Shown here: positions 1 through 12,300 of the stretch, piece by piece
Position numbering within the stretch: position 1 is the first letter of the stretch
How the letters are laid out: each line of letters starts with the position of its first letter
Notes under the pieces: model-generated
Told to the model about the DNA's origin: nothing
What the model saw: the letters and a program-made list of their open reading frames with translations, nothing else
Databases searched by the model: none
DNA from: Mytilus californianus
Lineage: Eukaryota
Length of the DNA: 64,000 bases
Direction: 5' to 3'
NCBI RefSeq assembly: GCF_021869535.1
Contig: NW_026262701.1
Span: forward strand, 37,386,001 to 37,450,000
Translations under genes and position numbers: made by a program

Positions 1-382
1 AGTATGAAAAAACTATTCAATTAGTTATAAATAACATTATATCCAGCTAGATAATAACAATGGCACGTATTTCAGCATTTATTGGGTAGAACACAAATCT
101 AGGGTGCTCGCATAAGGCAGCTTAACTGCCTAAAAATAACCCCCCCCCTTTTTTTTGCTTTTGTGCAATACACTATGCTGTTGCGTATCAATTCAAATTT
201 CCAATGGATTTTGCAACCATAATTACCCATTTAAATTTACCATAGTGCTAACTTAATCTATTTTATAATAGAATTTTAAATATGGTGTCAAATCTTTCAT
301 ATGGATTTTTTTGTAAAAAAAAAAGATGCAACATTAGCAGATATTTTTACTGGTCTTCCTTTATAAATATGCATTTCTTTAA

Positions 383-567
383 ACATAATTTAAAAGCAGT
401 GTAAGGGAGGTAATCAAAACGTTTTTGTTTTTACCTCCCTTACACTGCTTTTAAATTGTCTTAATTGTTCATTAACCGTTACTTTATACATAATTTAAAA
501 GCAGTGTAAGGGAGGTAATTCAAATGATGTATTAGAATTACTTCCCTTACACTGCTTTAAATTATGT
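383..567. repeat. Two tandem hairpins built from four alternating copies of a ~30-bp arm
   Basis: acataatttaaaagcagtgtaagggaggtaa (+) at 383 and about 488; its reverse complement at about 430 and 537. Confidence 0.8.
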
Positions 568-584
568 TTTGTACTAATGTATTT

Positions 585-988
585 GTCCTTTAACCAGGAC
601 ACCCTTGTTTTCCCCCTTTTTTTGCCCCTAATTCCTAAACGATTTGAGCCATAACCCCCCAAAGCAAATCCTAACCATCCCTGTGTGGTATGGAAACTTG
701 TGGTATAATTTCAGAGAGATCCATACACCGTTCCACAAGTTATTGTCTGGAAACTAGAAAAATGCTTATTTTTGGCCCCTTTTTGGCCCCTAATTCCTTC
801 ATTGTTGGTACCATAACCCCAAAAATCAATCCCAACCTTCCTTTTGTGGTATTGAACCTTATGGTAAAATTTCATAGAGATCCATTCACTTAAACTAAAG
901 TTATTGTGCGAAAACCAATGTGTCTTCGGAAGACGCCGCAGCCGCCGCCAACGTCATACCAATATACGACCTTGCGGTCGTATAAAAA
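585..988 (-). mobile_element. Helentron-type non-autonomous element (HINE/DINE-1-like), terminal part; same family as 63266-64000 and 50737-51190
   Basis: Terminal hairpin atacgacc...ggtcgtataaaaa, a gcc/gac microsatellite, and ~161-bp core units in reverse complement of 63420-64000. Confidence 0.7.
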
Positions 989-1220
989 TGAAATTGTCAT
1001 TTAAAGGCAATAACTCATTTTAACGAGGGTTTTTTTTTTAACGACCTTGACTACCCATTGTAGGTACTCATTTATGGAATCGACTCACAATTTTGGCCAA
1101 ATTGACTCATTTGTAGATCTTGGCTTGTTGATTTTTTTGCCATTTAACCTTCTATCTATCTAAGAAAGTTTTCAAGATAATCGGTAAAAACGCAAAAACA
1201 ATTGGTAACAAGCATTTTGT

Positions 1221-1933
1221 GAGTATTGCCTGGCAATACATAGTCCCCTACTGGTTAAAAATTCATTGTATTGGAACAAAATGCTAACTTGATCTATAAT
1301 TTGTCATGGTGTAAACTTTATAACAAATATCAAGTCAAAATCTTCAAGTATGACGAAAAAAAATGTGGACAACTGATTATTTGAGTGAATTTTCTAAGTC
1401 CAAGAACCATAACTCTGCACAAAATCATCAGACTGGAACAAAATTCAATCTTGATCTGTAACTTGTCATGATAAAACTATATACCAATTATCAAATCAAT
1501 ATCTTCAAGCATGACGAAAAAAAGTGAGGAAAACTGATTATTTGAGTGAATTTTCTAAGTCCAAGGACTATAACTCTGTACAAAATCATTAGACCGGAAC
1601 AAAATTTGAACTTGATCTGTAACTTGTCATGACAAAACTTTATACCAATCATTAAATCAATATCTTCAAGCATGACAAAAAAAGTGGGGAAAACTGATTA
1701 TTTGAGTGAATTTTCTAAGTCCAAGGACTATAACTCTGCACAAAATTGTCAGACCCAAACAAAATTCGAACTTGATCTGTAACTTGTCATGATTAAACAA
1801 TACACCAAATATCATATCTTCAAACACGAAGAAAAAGTGTGGAAAACTGATTTGCTGGAATGACAGATGGACAGACAGACAGACGAAGTGCAAACCTGAA
1901 GTCCCCTTCGACTTCGTCGGTAGGGGACTAATA
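1221..1933 (+). mobile_element. Helentron-type non-autonomous element (gtccccta...taggggac family) with a ~161-bp tandem core; further copies at 41257-41810 and 45177-45747
   Basis: Subterminal inverted repeat gtcccctac / gtaggggac, about 3.5 core units, a gaca/gacg microsatellite, and an A/T-rich end. Confidence 0.75.
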
Positions 1934-3144
1934 AAATGCTCCACAGGGCACAGTTTGATACGACCACAGAGGTCCATCCCTGAACCGTTGTATCAAGTAT
2001 GGACACAACATTCAAGCTTGATGCAGCTCTGAATTTGGATTGTGATTAAATATTTGACACAACATAGTTTTCTGACACAGATTGAATGTGGTCTAAGAAC
2101 TTATATAAATTTAAAATTGGATATTTATCTATTATGGTCCAATATCCAAAATATAAATACATGGTTAGAATCAGCATATCAAAGAACCCCAAGAATTCAA
2201 TTTTTGTTTAAAATCAAACTATGTCTAATTTTAGACCATTTAGAACTATGTGGACCAATTTAAAACTGGGCTTAAAATCAAATTTTTTGAAGGTGTAAAA
2301 ATGAGTAGCAGGTAACCCTTTTTTTGGAGTAAACTATTGTGATGTGAAACAAACCCTCAAAATGCAATACAAATTTAAAAGCTTTAAGACAGGCTAGGTG
2401 TTTAATTATGTACACTTTTTGTAAATTATCATAAAGTGAAATAAATCATTTTACACACATTTATATCATAGTCCAAAATTTATAGAGTTAAAATTCAATT
2501 TGAGAGTCCAAATTTAGTTATTTCAACAAGAGAATATTCTCTTGTTCCTTTGAGCCTTCAAGTGCTGAACAGTTATAGATATGTCCATGTCTGGTGAATC
2601 TGCTCCTTCTTAAGATATTCTATTATGAAGCAGTTTGTAATTTGAGTACAAATTTTTAAAACAAAAATATTAAAATGAACAGCTGACCAATTTCAAAAGG
2701 TTTGACATTTCGAGATTGCCTAATCTGTGTGTATTTGTCACAATCTTTTAAGTACAGATTTTCTTTTTTTATTTACATGTGCTATTCGAACTTCCAGTTG
2801 AAACATACACAAGTTTCTAATTTTTTTTTTATTATGACTTATTTTAACCATTGTGAAGTGTTCTAGAATCATTTACAAGCATTTTCAACTTCTGTTTGAT
2901 GATGGAAAACGGATTTTTCCATGAAAATACCGCAAATTAAGGTATGCAGATATTTTCTATATTTATTTTCTAGGAATAATTTATTTTACATGGTCAGCAG
3001 AAGTCAAAAAGCAGGAATTTTGATTTTTTGATTTTTTTCAAAAAATAAAAGTTGGCAGATCCTAATGGATCTTTTTTTATCACAAACCTGAAGACAAAAC
3101 ATGTTAAAGTGAGGTAAATTAAATATTAATGTTCTAAAAATTAC

Positions 3145-6100
3145 CTTTATTTTATTAAGTATAGCTTCTTTGCCTTGTGCTGCAAAATCTTCAAATGTAA
3201 AAAAACAACTGTCCTGAAATAAAACAGAATGTCATTAATTGTTGAATGTGAATTGTTAATAGAAATTTGCATAAAAACTATTTCAAATTTATTTGTTACA
3301 AACAAGTAATTGTTGTTTTAAAATTAGTATTGCCTTGACGATCAGTAAAAATTCAGCTGTAAACATCATTAATCAATATAGTAAATAAATTCCTTTTTAT
3401 CATTGTTAATGTCTTTTCAATGACCTCACTGTACACAAAACTTATGCAATTATAGTGTCCTCAGCCATAGGGAATTTGTAAACAATTCTTAGTCTCATTG
3501 TATACTGGAGAGGGGGGCTATGTACTGGTACTACATGTATACAGTCACAGACATAACAGAATGTATATATTTTTGGGCAGATCCTTATTTTGTAGGTTAC
3601 GCCTGGAAATTTAACCTCTCCCTTGGATTTATAATTAAATGTACTTAATGGGTCATGAAGTTATCCTGGATATTAGAAAATGACACATTTTCACCTGTAT
3701 TTCAATTATGATTCTTGTAATCAATTTTCAATGAGAACATGGAGAAAGGTTGTGTCAAAATACCATGCTTAGAATAAGTGTGGTGTTATCTAGTTATTTT
3801 GTGTACCTGTCAGGAACCTTATCTATTTTTCTTATTTTTATATAACATAACACGTTTTTAATGTCTTTTGTCAATGAATTTTCTATTGATGGCAGATTCT
3901 AAATAAAATTAATTCAAGACTTGAGGTAGATTAACTGTATAACTCCATCTTGGATTGTAAAATAGCAATACACAATCAGTCTAGTTCTTTGCTTAAATCT
4001 GCAAGTTTTGAGACAGATTGGCAATTAATATTTTTTTTTTAATATACAAATTTTTAGCAAACAAAATGAGTTCTCTGGGGAAATGATCTTAGATCAATTG
4101 ATCAGAGTTTTGTATCTGTGCAAAGATCAGTTATAAGCTGATTTTGTATATTCATTGTTTCAAGGTACAAATCATTAATACATTATGTTTTTAATTAAAC
4201 TATACTTTAAAACAAGAAGAAAAAAAAAACGCTACCAAATGATAGCGTTTTTGTTAACATTGAAAATTATGTCATATATAATTTCTTAACAATTGGACCA
4301 ACATCATCTTCGCTAGCCAAGGGTTACGACCCACTTCCCTCCTCTCCACCCTTGGCGGATTGAGATAGAATTTCGGAGACACAAGGTAATGATTTTCATT
4401 GGTTGCAGTCGAAACTCGCTGCATCCAATCTAAAAGCGCCTATAACATAATATGTGTAAATGTAGAAAGTGTATGTAAACAATTGCCACATGCTTATTGT
4501 GCAACAAGTCTGAGTCTCCAAATTGAAGAGTTCAAGTGCTACCATTGGTCAAGAATAATGTATTCGGAATGGGCGTGACTTTAATCTACCGATAGATGGC
4601 GCAACATTGTTATCACACATGTTGGCTTAATCTGCCAAGGGTGGAGAGGAGGGAAGTGGGTCGTAACCCTTGGCTTGCGAAGATGGACCAACATCGGATA
4701 CTTCTGTAATTCAGTTACATGTACTTTTTCACCAGAAATTATGCTGGAATTTTTTTTTAAATTTGTAAAAAACTTAATCATTATTCAGCCCTGTCGTAAT
4801 ATCAGTTGTGTACCGTATCATAGATAAAATTGAGAATGGAAATGGGGAATGTGTCAAAGAGACAACAACCCGACCATAGAACAGACAACAGCAGAAGGTC
4901 ACCAACAGGTCTTCAATGCAGCGAGAAATTCCCGCACCCGGAGGCGTCCTTCAGCTGGCCCCTAAACAAATATATATACTAGTTCAGTGATAATGAACGC
5001 CATACTAAACTCCAAATTGTACACAAGAAACTAAAATTAAAAATAATACAAGACTGACAAAGGCTAGAGGCTCCTGACTTGGGACAGGCGCAAAAATGCG
5101 GCGGGGTTAAACATGTTTATGAGATCTCAACCCTCCCCCTATACCTCTAGCCAATGTAGAAAAGTAAACGAATAACAATACGCACATTAAAATTCAGTTC
5201 AAGAGAAGTCCGAGTCTGATGTCAGAAGATGTAACCAAAGAAAATAAACAAAATGACAATAATACATAAATAACAACAGACTACTAGCAGTTAACTGACA
5301 TGCCAGCTCCAGACTTCAATTAAACTGATTGAAAGATTATGTCTTCATCATATGAATATCAGGCACAATCCTTCCCGTTAGGGGTTTAGTATCATACCAT
5401 CATAACATATATGAGAAGAACATAACCCGTGTCATGCCAACAACTGGTTTTTAAATAAATGTGTTTAGTGCGGATGCAAAGACCCTATAAGTGAATCAAT
5501 ATTAACGCCAAAATATGCAATCTTTAATGACCTGACAACAGTATCGTAACTATATCCCTTCTTAATAAGTCTATTTAAAGGTTTTGTTAGCTTCAGAGGT
5601 GAATACTGACATTTTTGTGCTTTATAAAGAATATTTCCATAAAAAATTGGATGTGAAATACCTGAACGTATAAGAAGTCTGCATGTTGAGCTATATTTAC
5701 GAATGATGTCCTTATACCGATGATAAAATTTAGTAAATGTTTTGACTAGTTTGTGATATCGAAAACCCTGGTGTAATAATTTTTCAGTAATACATAAATT
5801 TCTCTCGTTAAAATCTAAAACATTGTTACATACACGAGCAAATCGTACAAGTTGAGATATATAAACACCGTAAGATGGTGACAAGGGAACGTCACCATCT
5901 AAAAATGGATAATTAACGATAGGAAATGAAAAATCATCTCTTTTATCATATATTTTAGAATTAAGCTTTCCGTTAATGATATAGATATCAAGATCGAGGA
6001 AAGGGCAGTGGTCATTGTTAGTATTAGCTTTATTTAAAGTAAGTTCAACAGGATAAATTTCTTTAGTATACACACTGAAGTCGTCATTATTGAGAGCCAA

Positions 6101-6980
6101 AATATCATCCAAATATCTAAAAGTATTATTAAATTTGTGTATCAGATGTTGTTTCGATGGGTCTTTGCTGATTTTTGTCATAAATTGTAACTCATAGCAA
6201 TACAAAAAAAGGTCCGCAATAAGTGGTGCACAGTTAGTCCCCATTGGAATTCCGATAACCTGACGATATACGGAATCTCCAAAGCGAACAAAAATGTTAT
6301 CTAGTAAAAATTCAAGGGCATATATAGTATCAAAGCATGTCCAATTGACATAGTTTTTTTGTTTATTGCTACTAAAAAATGACCTAAAAGAGTTTGAACA
6401 TATATATTCACATTCTGACTTTTTAAATGCCCATTTAATTAGGTGTGTGAATTTTTTCTTAATGAGAATGTGAGGCAATGTGGTATATAGGGTAGAAAAA
6501 TCAAAACTTTGAACAGATTCAAAATCACCAATATATGCATGCAATTTATCAAGTACTTCCAACGAGTTCTTGACACTCCAAAAGTAATTAATCCCACTAT
6601 TTTCGAAGGCCTTATTTGAACAATTTATAGACGTTACTTGTTGTTTTACATGATAGTGATTTTTTTATTTAAATGTTAACTTATATATTGTAAAATTGTA
6701 TAAATAAATGGTGGCCTAAGTAATAACATTCTATTTTGCCAAATAGTTTTAATAGTTATAAATATACGTTGATAGTGGGGCTTCCCATGGATAGAAACAA
6801 GTGCCTGTGTGAAAGACCCAGTGAGAAATTCCAGACTTGTTTAACTATACATTCCCTAACATGGTAAAATCCGGCTAATTTCACAGCTCTATCCTCGGGA
6901 TTAGCTGCTGCTTCATATGCCTGATAATATGCTTGAACGAACTGTGTTCCTATATCGTTAAATTGAGGGTTGTAAGCCAT
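3145..6980 (-). CDS. NUTF2: Nuclear transport factor 2, coding exons 1-2 (exon 1 6980-6861; exon 2 3213-3145); later exons not found in the window, probably left of position 1
   Basis: Exon 1 reads MAYNPQFNDIGTQFVQAYYQAYEAAANPEDRAVKLAGFYH and ends at a GT donor (phase 0). Exon 2 follows a tttatttcAG acceptor, reads DSCFFTFEDFAAQGKEAILNKIK and ends at GTAA. Both match the NTF2 N-terminus (IG..FV..YY; xxSxxTxEG/D..xQGKxAI..KL) and the exon boundaries I recall for metazoan NTF2. Confidence 0.88.
4305..4685. mobile_element. MITE with about 57-bp TIRs and a 9-bp TSD (Mutator-like)
   Basis: The left end catcttcgctagccaagggttacgacccacttccctcctctccacccttggc is inverted at 4629-4685. Perfect TSD GACCAACAT at 4296-4304 and 4686-4694. 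Confidence 0.9.
4824..6640 (-). mobile_element. 5'-truncated Penelope-like retroelement (RT plus about 640-bp 3' region), in NUTF2 intron 1; no C-terminal endonuclease (Naiad-like layout)
   Basis: ORF 5465-6562 has RT motifs FDFSTLYT, GIPMGTNCAPLIADLFL, RYLDDIL and FLDLDI. The frame continues upstream (NSGINYFWSVKNSLEVL) to a stop near 6665. No GIY-YIG precedes the stop codon. No clear TSD. Confidence 0.88.
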
Positions 6981-6992
6981 GCCGATGCTGCT

Positions 6993-7007
6993 CCAGTAGA
7001 TGGCGCC
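6993..7007. promoter_or_regulatory. Candidate regulatory motif at the NUTF2/CENPT divergent promoter (CTCF-core-like; YY1-like GCCAT on the other strand)
   Basis: CCAGTAGATGGCGCC fits CCASYAGRKGGCRS and lies 13 bp upstream of the NUTF2 ATG. Motif match only. Confidence 0.35.
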
Positions 7008-7600
7008 GTCTAGCTGAGCATGATAAAGTGTTGATCATAAAATCTGCGCCATAAATTGTCGTTATCTATATAAACTTAAAGACTGAGAAAGATCGCTATT
7101 CTAAAATCTGAACATTAAATGCATTATGATTTGATTAAACTTTTATATTTGTAGGAATAATTTATTTAATGCATTTTTAAAAGATAGTGTTATTTTCGTT
7201 GCTGTTTCGGTCAAAGCATTTTTATTTTAAAATCACCGGAAACTAAAAAATATTGGCGGAAGTTTTGAATGTTTACAAATATTTCACTTAAATTTACCCG
7301 TATGAAGCAAAGATAAACCTTGTTAAAAGTGACCAAATCCAACCAAAATCAAAGTCGACAAGGTATATAACAATATATAGAACACTTAAACTCTTAAAGA
7401 TTCATTATAAAAAATGGATATTCTGTTGTGTTTATACCTCGAAAAAATTATTTCTCTGAATACAGACAAACCTGTTTGCGTTTCAGAAAGACAAACGCTT
7501 TCCTTTATTTTGGTGGGCAATTACTTATTTTTTAGTTCAGGACTATAGACATGATAGAAGGTATAAATTAAAAAAACTAAATTTAGCCCACGTCATGGTT

Positions 7601-8449
7601 GAATTCGGGTCCGATCGCCCTGATTCACGTTCGCCCAAATACCTGTTTGCCCAGGGTCCATTTGCCCTGATTTTTATTTTTCTTTATTGTTGTCTAGTTG
7701 CTTAATGTTTATTATTTGAACAGAGTATGTTAAAGTTGTTGAAAAATTCACTGAATACAGTTCTGCCAACTTTTAATAATGCAAATGCGTGAGATTTGTC
7801 CAAAATCGTAAAGATCAAAGAGAAAAAACAATAGATCAAAGGAAAATGCTGCCAAATAAGCATGAAAATGATTGAGTCTCACGCTAAATACGTGAGACTT
7901 GGCAGCCCTGTGAATGTTTATATTGCTGCAACCAAATAATTATTTTCCTTCGATTTGCATAGTAGAATACTGGAATGCAATGTACTTATTTATATTGATA
8001 TTTGTTAACAAATTTAATAATTCTAGCAAGTCAATTTATGCAGTATACATGTGATAATAAATGAACTTATAAATCCATTTCATGTTTAACAATTCCATGA
8101 ATTCGTACATCATTGTTTTCACTCCTTCCAAGCTGGTTAGTTTATCAAAACAAAATGTTTTTATTATTAATCCATTAAAGACAATTATTACAAAAATTGG
8201 TGAGAATTATTATTATGAACTATTAATGCTCCAAAACAAGCCATCAACTTTTTTTCAAATATTTCCATGTGTTTTCATGAATTTCTAGAATTTATACCAT
8301 ATAAATATCTGAATAAGTTTATTAAATTATTATACCCTTAATATTAATATTTTTTAATAAAAGTAGGGAGAACGAACCCAGTGCGAACGGACTCTATGGG
8401 CGAACGAACTCAAGGCGAACATGTTGTCAGGGCGAACGGACCCGATACC
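7601..8449. mobile_element. Mutator-like MITE (ggtatcgggtccg / gttcgccc family), between NUTF2 exon 1 and the first CENPT coding exon
   Basis: Termini gaattcgggtccg and cggacccgatacc, subterminal gcgaac repeats, 9-bp TSD gtcatggtt/atcatggtt (8 of 9 match). Confidence 0.8.
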
Positions 8450-9332
8450 ATCATGGTTATACACTAGTCCAAATAATTATGACATCTTGAAAAGCTATTT
8501 TTATTTTTTTGCCTTGAAGGCATCACCCGTTCCAGTCATTCCCATGGACGGCAGACATTTGGGCAAGGGCCAGTAAAAATTGGTTTTGGTCAGTTAAGTG
8601 ATATGCATTACTGGACCAAAAGTCCAGTAAAATTTTCATTTTGTCCAAATCATATGTGTAAATGTCCTGTAAAAAAGAGTCTGATCCAGTTAAGAAAAAC
8701 ACTTCAAGAAGAATGATTTACTGGACCAAATGTCCAGTTGATTTCTCAAAGATTTGGAAACCACTGCAGGTCTCGATTTGACTAGGTGATGAATTGACTA
8801 TACTGGGTCCTGATTTAACCAAGTGCCGAAGTGAATTCTATTGAATAGGTGGCAGAATGTTTGGATGGAGTGGGAAATAGTAAGAAAGTACGGGAAAACC
8901 TATGCATGTTTCCAAGCAACTTTTCCCATGTTTTTAAAGCATTTTCACCTCTCTCTAAAAATCTGCTACCACTTATTCAATATGGTTGCATTAATAAATG
9001 AAAGGGCCTAAATGATAAAATCTATGAGATGACCATTTCTGTTAAAACTTACATGGTTCTGATTGATATGGACAATAGATATCTGCACAACAAAAGATTT
9101 CAACAGTGTAACTCAACATAGACTACTTTCACATTAGCTCATTTTCCCATACATTTCCAATGTCATAATGTTTACATTACAGAAAATGGGGTCGTCTTAG
9201 TGATAACCCTGTAGGGATATCCTAGCCCCTGACAGTTTCTTAATTGCCATTCTAAATGTCTTGAAAATAATAGAAAAAGGCTTTGGGTTTGCCTTGAATA
9301 TTGTTAAATTTTATTTTTATTTTTATAAAAGA

Positions 9333-12300
9333 ATGGCTAAAAAGGATACACCAAGGTCAATGTTGCAAGCATTCATTGAAAATGTTCCAACTACAGCTCC
9401 AGTAAAGAGAACAAGAGCTAGAACAAGATCTCCAGAAGACAGGCATTTCAATGAAACTGTTCCTAATCAGAAAAAGAGAAGAAGATCATCTCTAGCAGTA
9501 AAACAAACACCAAGATCAATGGTAAAGTGTCTATTAACCCTAGCATCAAGTAGATTTCAACAAAACTATAATGCCTTATTTTCATAAAAATTGTTGATAC
9601 AAAAAAGGCTTAAATAAGCTTTGTTTTTTTTAACATTCCTCCTATGGTTAGCTTAATTAGCAGTTTTAAGGTTCCTAATCATAGATGTCATTTTTGAGTG
9701 TTCTCCTTTAGTGCAATAACTGCCTCCTGCATGTGCATTTATATGATTAACTAAAACAGCTTCTTAAACAATATTTATTAATTTTTGCCAGTGGCAGAAA
9801 TTCCTGATCAAGGGGACCCTAGCTAAAGTGACAATTTAAGCTGTATTCTAATATATTCATCAATAACTGCTGCATATTTTGCTGATGAAACATATATATG
9901 CAGGAATAATAAATAAACTACATATAAAATTGACAAATTTTCCTGAAAAATAAATTCATAACATTGAAGGGTACAAGCAAACAGATGTGAAAGCAGAATT
10001 TTTTGTTGTGATATAAATTTCTTTTTGTGGATGCACAAAATTTAAACCCCAAAAAATAAAAAAAAACAAAGAATATTACTATATTTACTTTTTACTTAAT
10101 CCCCATAAAGTGAATTTAGAGACTAAAGCACAAAAACTAATGTTCCTTCAGTTGTCAGAGGTACAACTACATAAGTTTCTGGATCTAAAAGTATGAACTT
10201 GCATGTTTGTCTCTCTATGTGCATAACTATTCTCTGAGTTGATTTAGAGTTAATCAGTATGTGAATCTTTTATTTTTCAGATTGAATCTTATATGCATGA
10301 TCACAAAACACAGACTCCGTTTGTTCGTGTGTTACGTAGACGGTCGAAAACTTTTACTCCAATTACAGAGTCAGGTGATAGAAGTGATGTAATTACACCA
10401 AGAACAGCATTGGAAGGATTTATTAATAATGGTAATCTGTAAAAAGGGATTAAAACATAACGCTTTATGTTAAAAGGGATTAAAACATAACGCTTTATCC
10501 AGGGAATACTTGTCAGATTTCTTTTTTTATTGAAATAGTCCAAATGGTCAAAAGATGCTTTTGTTTTGAATCTTTAAGGGGTCAATGTAGAAATAAGAAG
10601 ATGTGGTATGATTGCCAATGAGACAACTCTCCACCAGAGACCAAATAAAAATTATATTTATTTAGTGTACTGCTTTTTGGAAAATTACAGAAAAAACTAC
10701 TTAGTATTTTAGACAGAAATCAAAGGGAGATAAGTATTTTAGACTATCCAAATCAAAGGAAAATAAGTATTTTAGACAACAGAAATCAAAGGGAGATAAA
10801 TGTGTTCTATGAACATCAATTAAAACCAAGTGTGAACACAATCATTCATGGTATGTGATTTTAACAATGACATCGCAGGCAAACCAAAGAGAACAATGTT
10901 GCTTGGGGGTCAGATGGATAAAAATCAATTTAAAAGTTCTGTGGCTAGTTACTATTAAATTTTTGGGAAATGATATATTTAACTTGTGACCTTGTGAAGA
11001 AGTATGATGAACTAACATCAGACATAACCATCACAGTATATAAATAGAAAAATTTGACAGACAGAATCATTTTGTAGATCCTGCTCTGTAGCTATGAATC
11101 AATCATAGGAACTTGAGTAAATTTTGTTGATCCAATCATGTATTACAGCTTTAACTAAAATCAAACTACTGTGTATTTTTGTGAATTTCGTGGGAATAAG
11201 AGAATCATGCTGTCAATTGTTCAACAAAGTATAAATTGTCTATAGCTAGGCTTGTAATAAAGACTGTAATGAAATATCCACGAAAATACAATTTTTCCTC
11301 AATCCACAAAAATTGGACACATGAAAATAAATGATTCAACAATACTCAAAAACTATCAAAAAAATTACTAGCTTAAATTTTGTTCTCATAATTGTGAATG
11401 AAAATAACATTGTAATATAACTGATGTTAAATGATGAAATGTTGCCTTAAGTGGTATATGTACATATTTTGTTTTAGCACCAGAAGAGACACCAGTCCAG
11501 AGGGCAGTAAATGAGAGTGAGCTGGATAGTGAATCAGATATCATCTTGCCTAATGAAACCCTTCATGTGACTCATTCACCAATGTAAGTAGCAGAGGGAA
11601 ATATTGTATTATAGCATTTATGTACTACTATTATTAATTGTTGCACCAGTAAGAAAATTGATATCTTTAGGATTTTGAAAGTATGAGTCAAATATTCTTT
11701 TTTTTCAATTTCAGACATAATGAAGACACTGGGTCAATTACAACTTCACAGAAACAAAGGCAAAACCAACATCATATCACATTACAGCAGTTTACACAAG
11801 GGATGCATAACCTGACCTCAGCTGGTGAGATCATGTGACCTAGTCATGTAATTAATGTAAAATCGTTATCATATGATCATTGAAATGGACTTTACTTTAC
11901 ACATGGAATTTTGTCAACCAAAAAATGATGGAAAAATGTTTGAGGCATACTCAGGGTTTTTGTTTTGCAAAAAAAAAACAATGAAAAAAAGAGGCCATTT
12001 TTATCTCTCCTGCAAGAAGGCGACATTGCAATCTTACAGTCTTGGATTAAAGTTTTTTGTGAAACCAATAACATTTTTCAGCAATCATTGAATTTTAGGA
12101 ACTTTTACAGAAGCCTTCTCATAACCATCTGGTGTAAAAAAAAATCAATATTTTACAAATAAATGGACTTGATTCATTTTTTCTTCTGTCCAACTTTAGG
12201 TACAGTCTGTGGTTAAAGATTTTACACTTGAATAACCTTGTCAAACCTTTATGCAAATTTACAAAACTTGAACAGAAGCATTTTCATAATCAAGAGATAG

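Noticed and set aside
5305-5365. SECIS-like stem-loop in the PLE 3' region (AUGA...GAC...GUC-UGGA on the minus strand)
   Set aside because: The 3' side lacks a proper GA quartet partner, helix II is broken, and the retained ORF has no in-frame TGA. A SECIS search on the family consensus would be needed.
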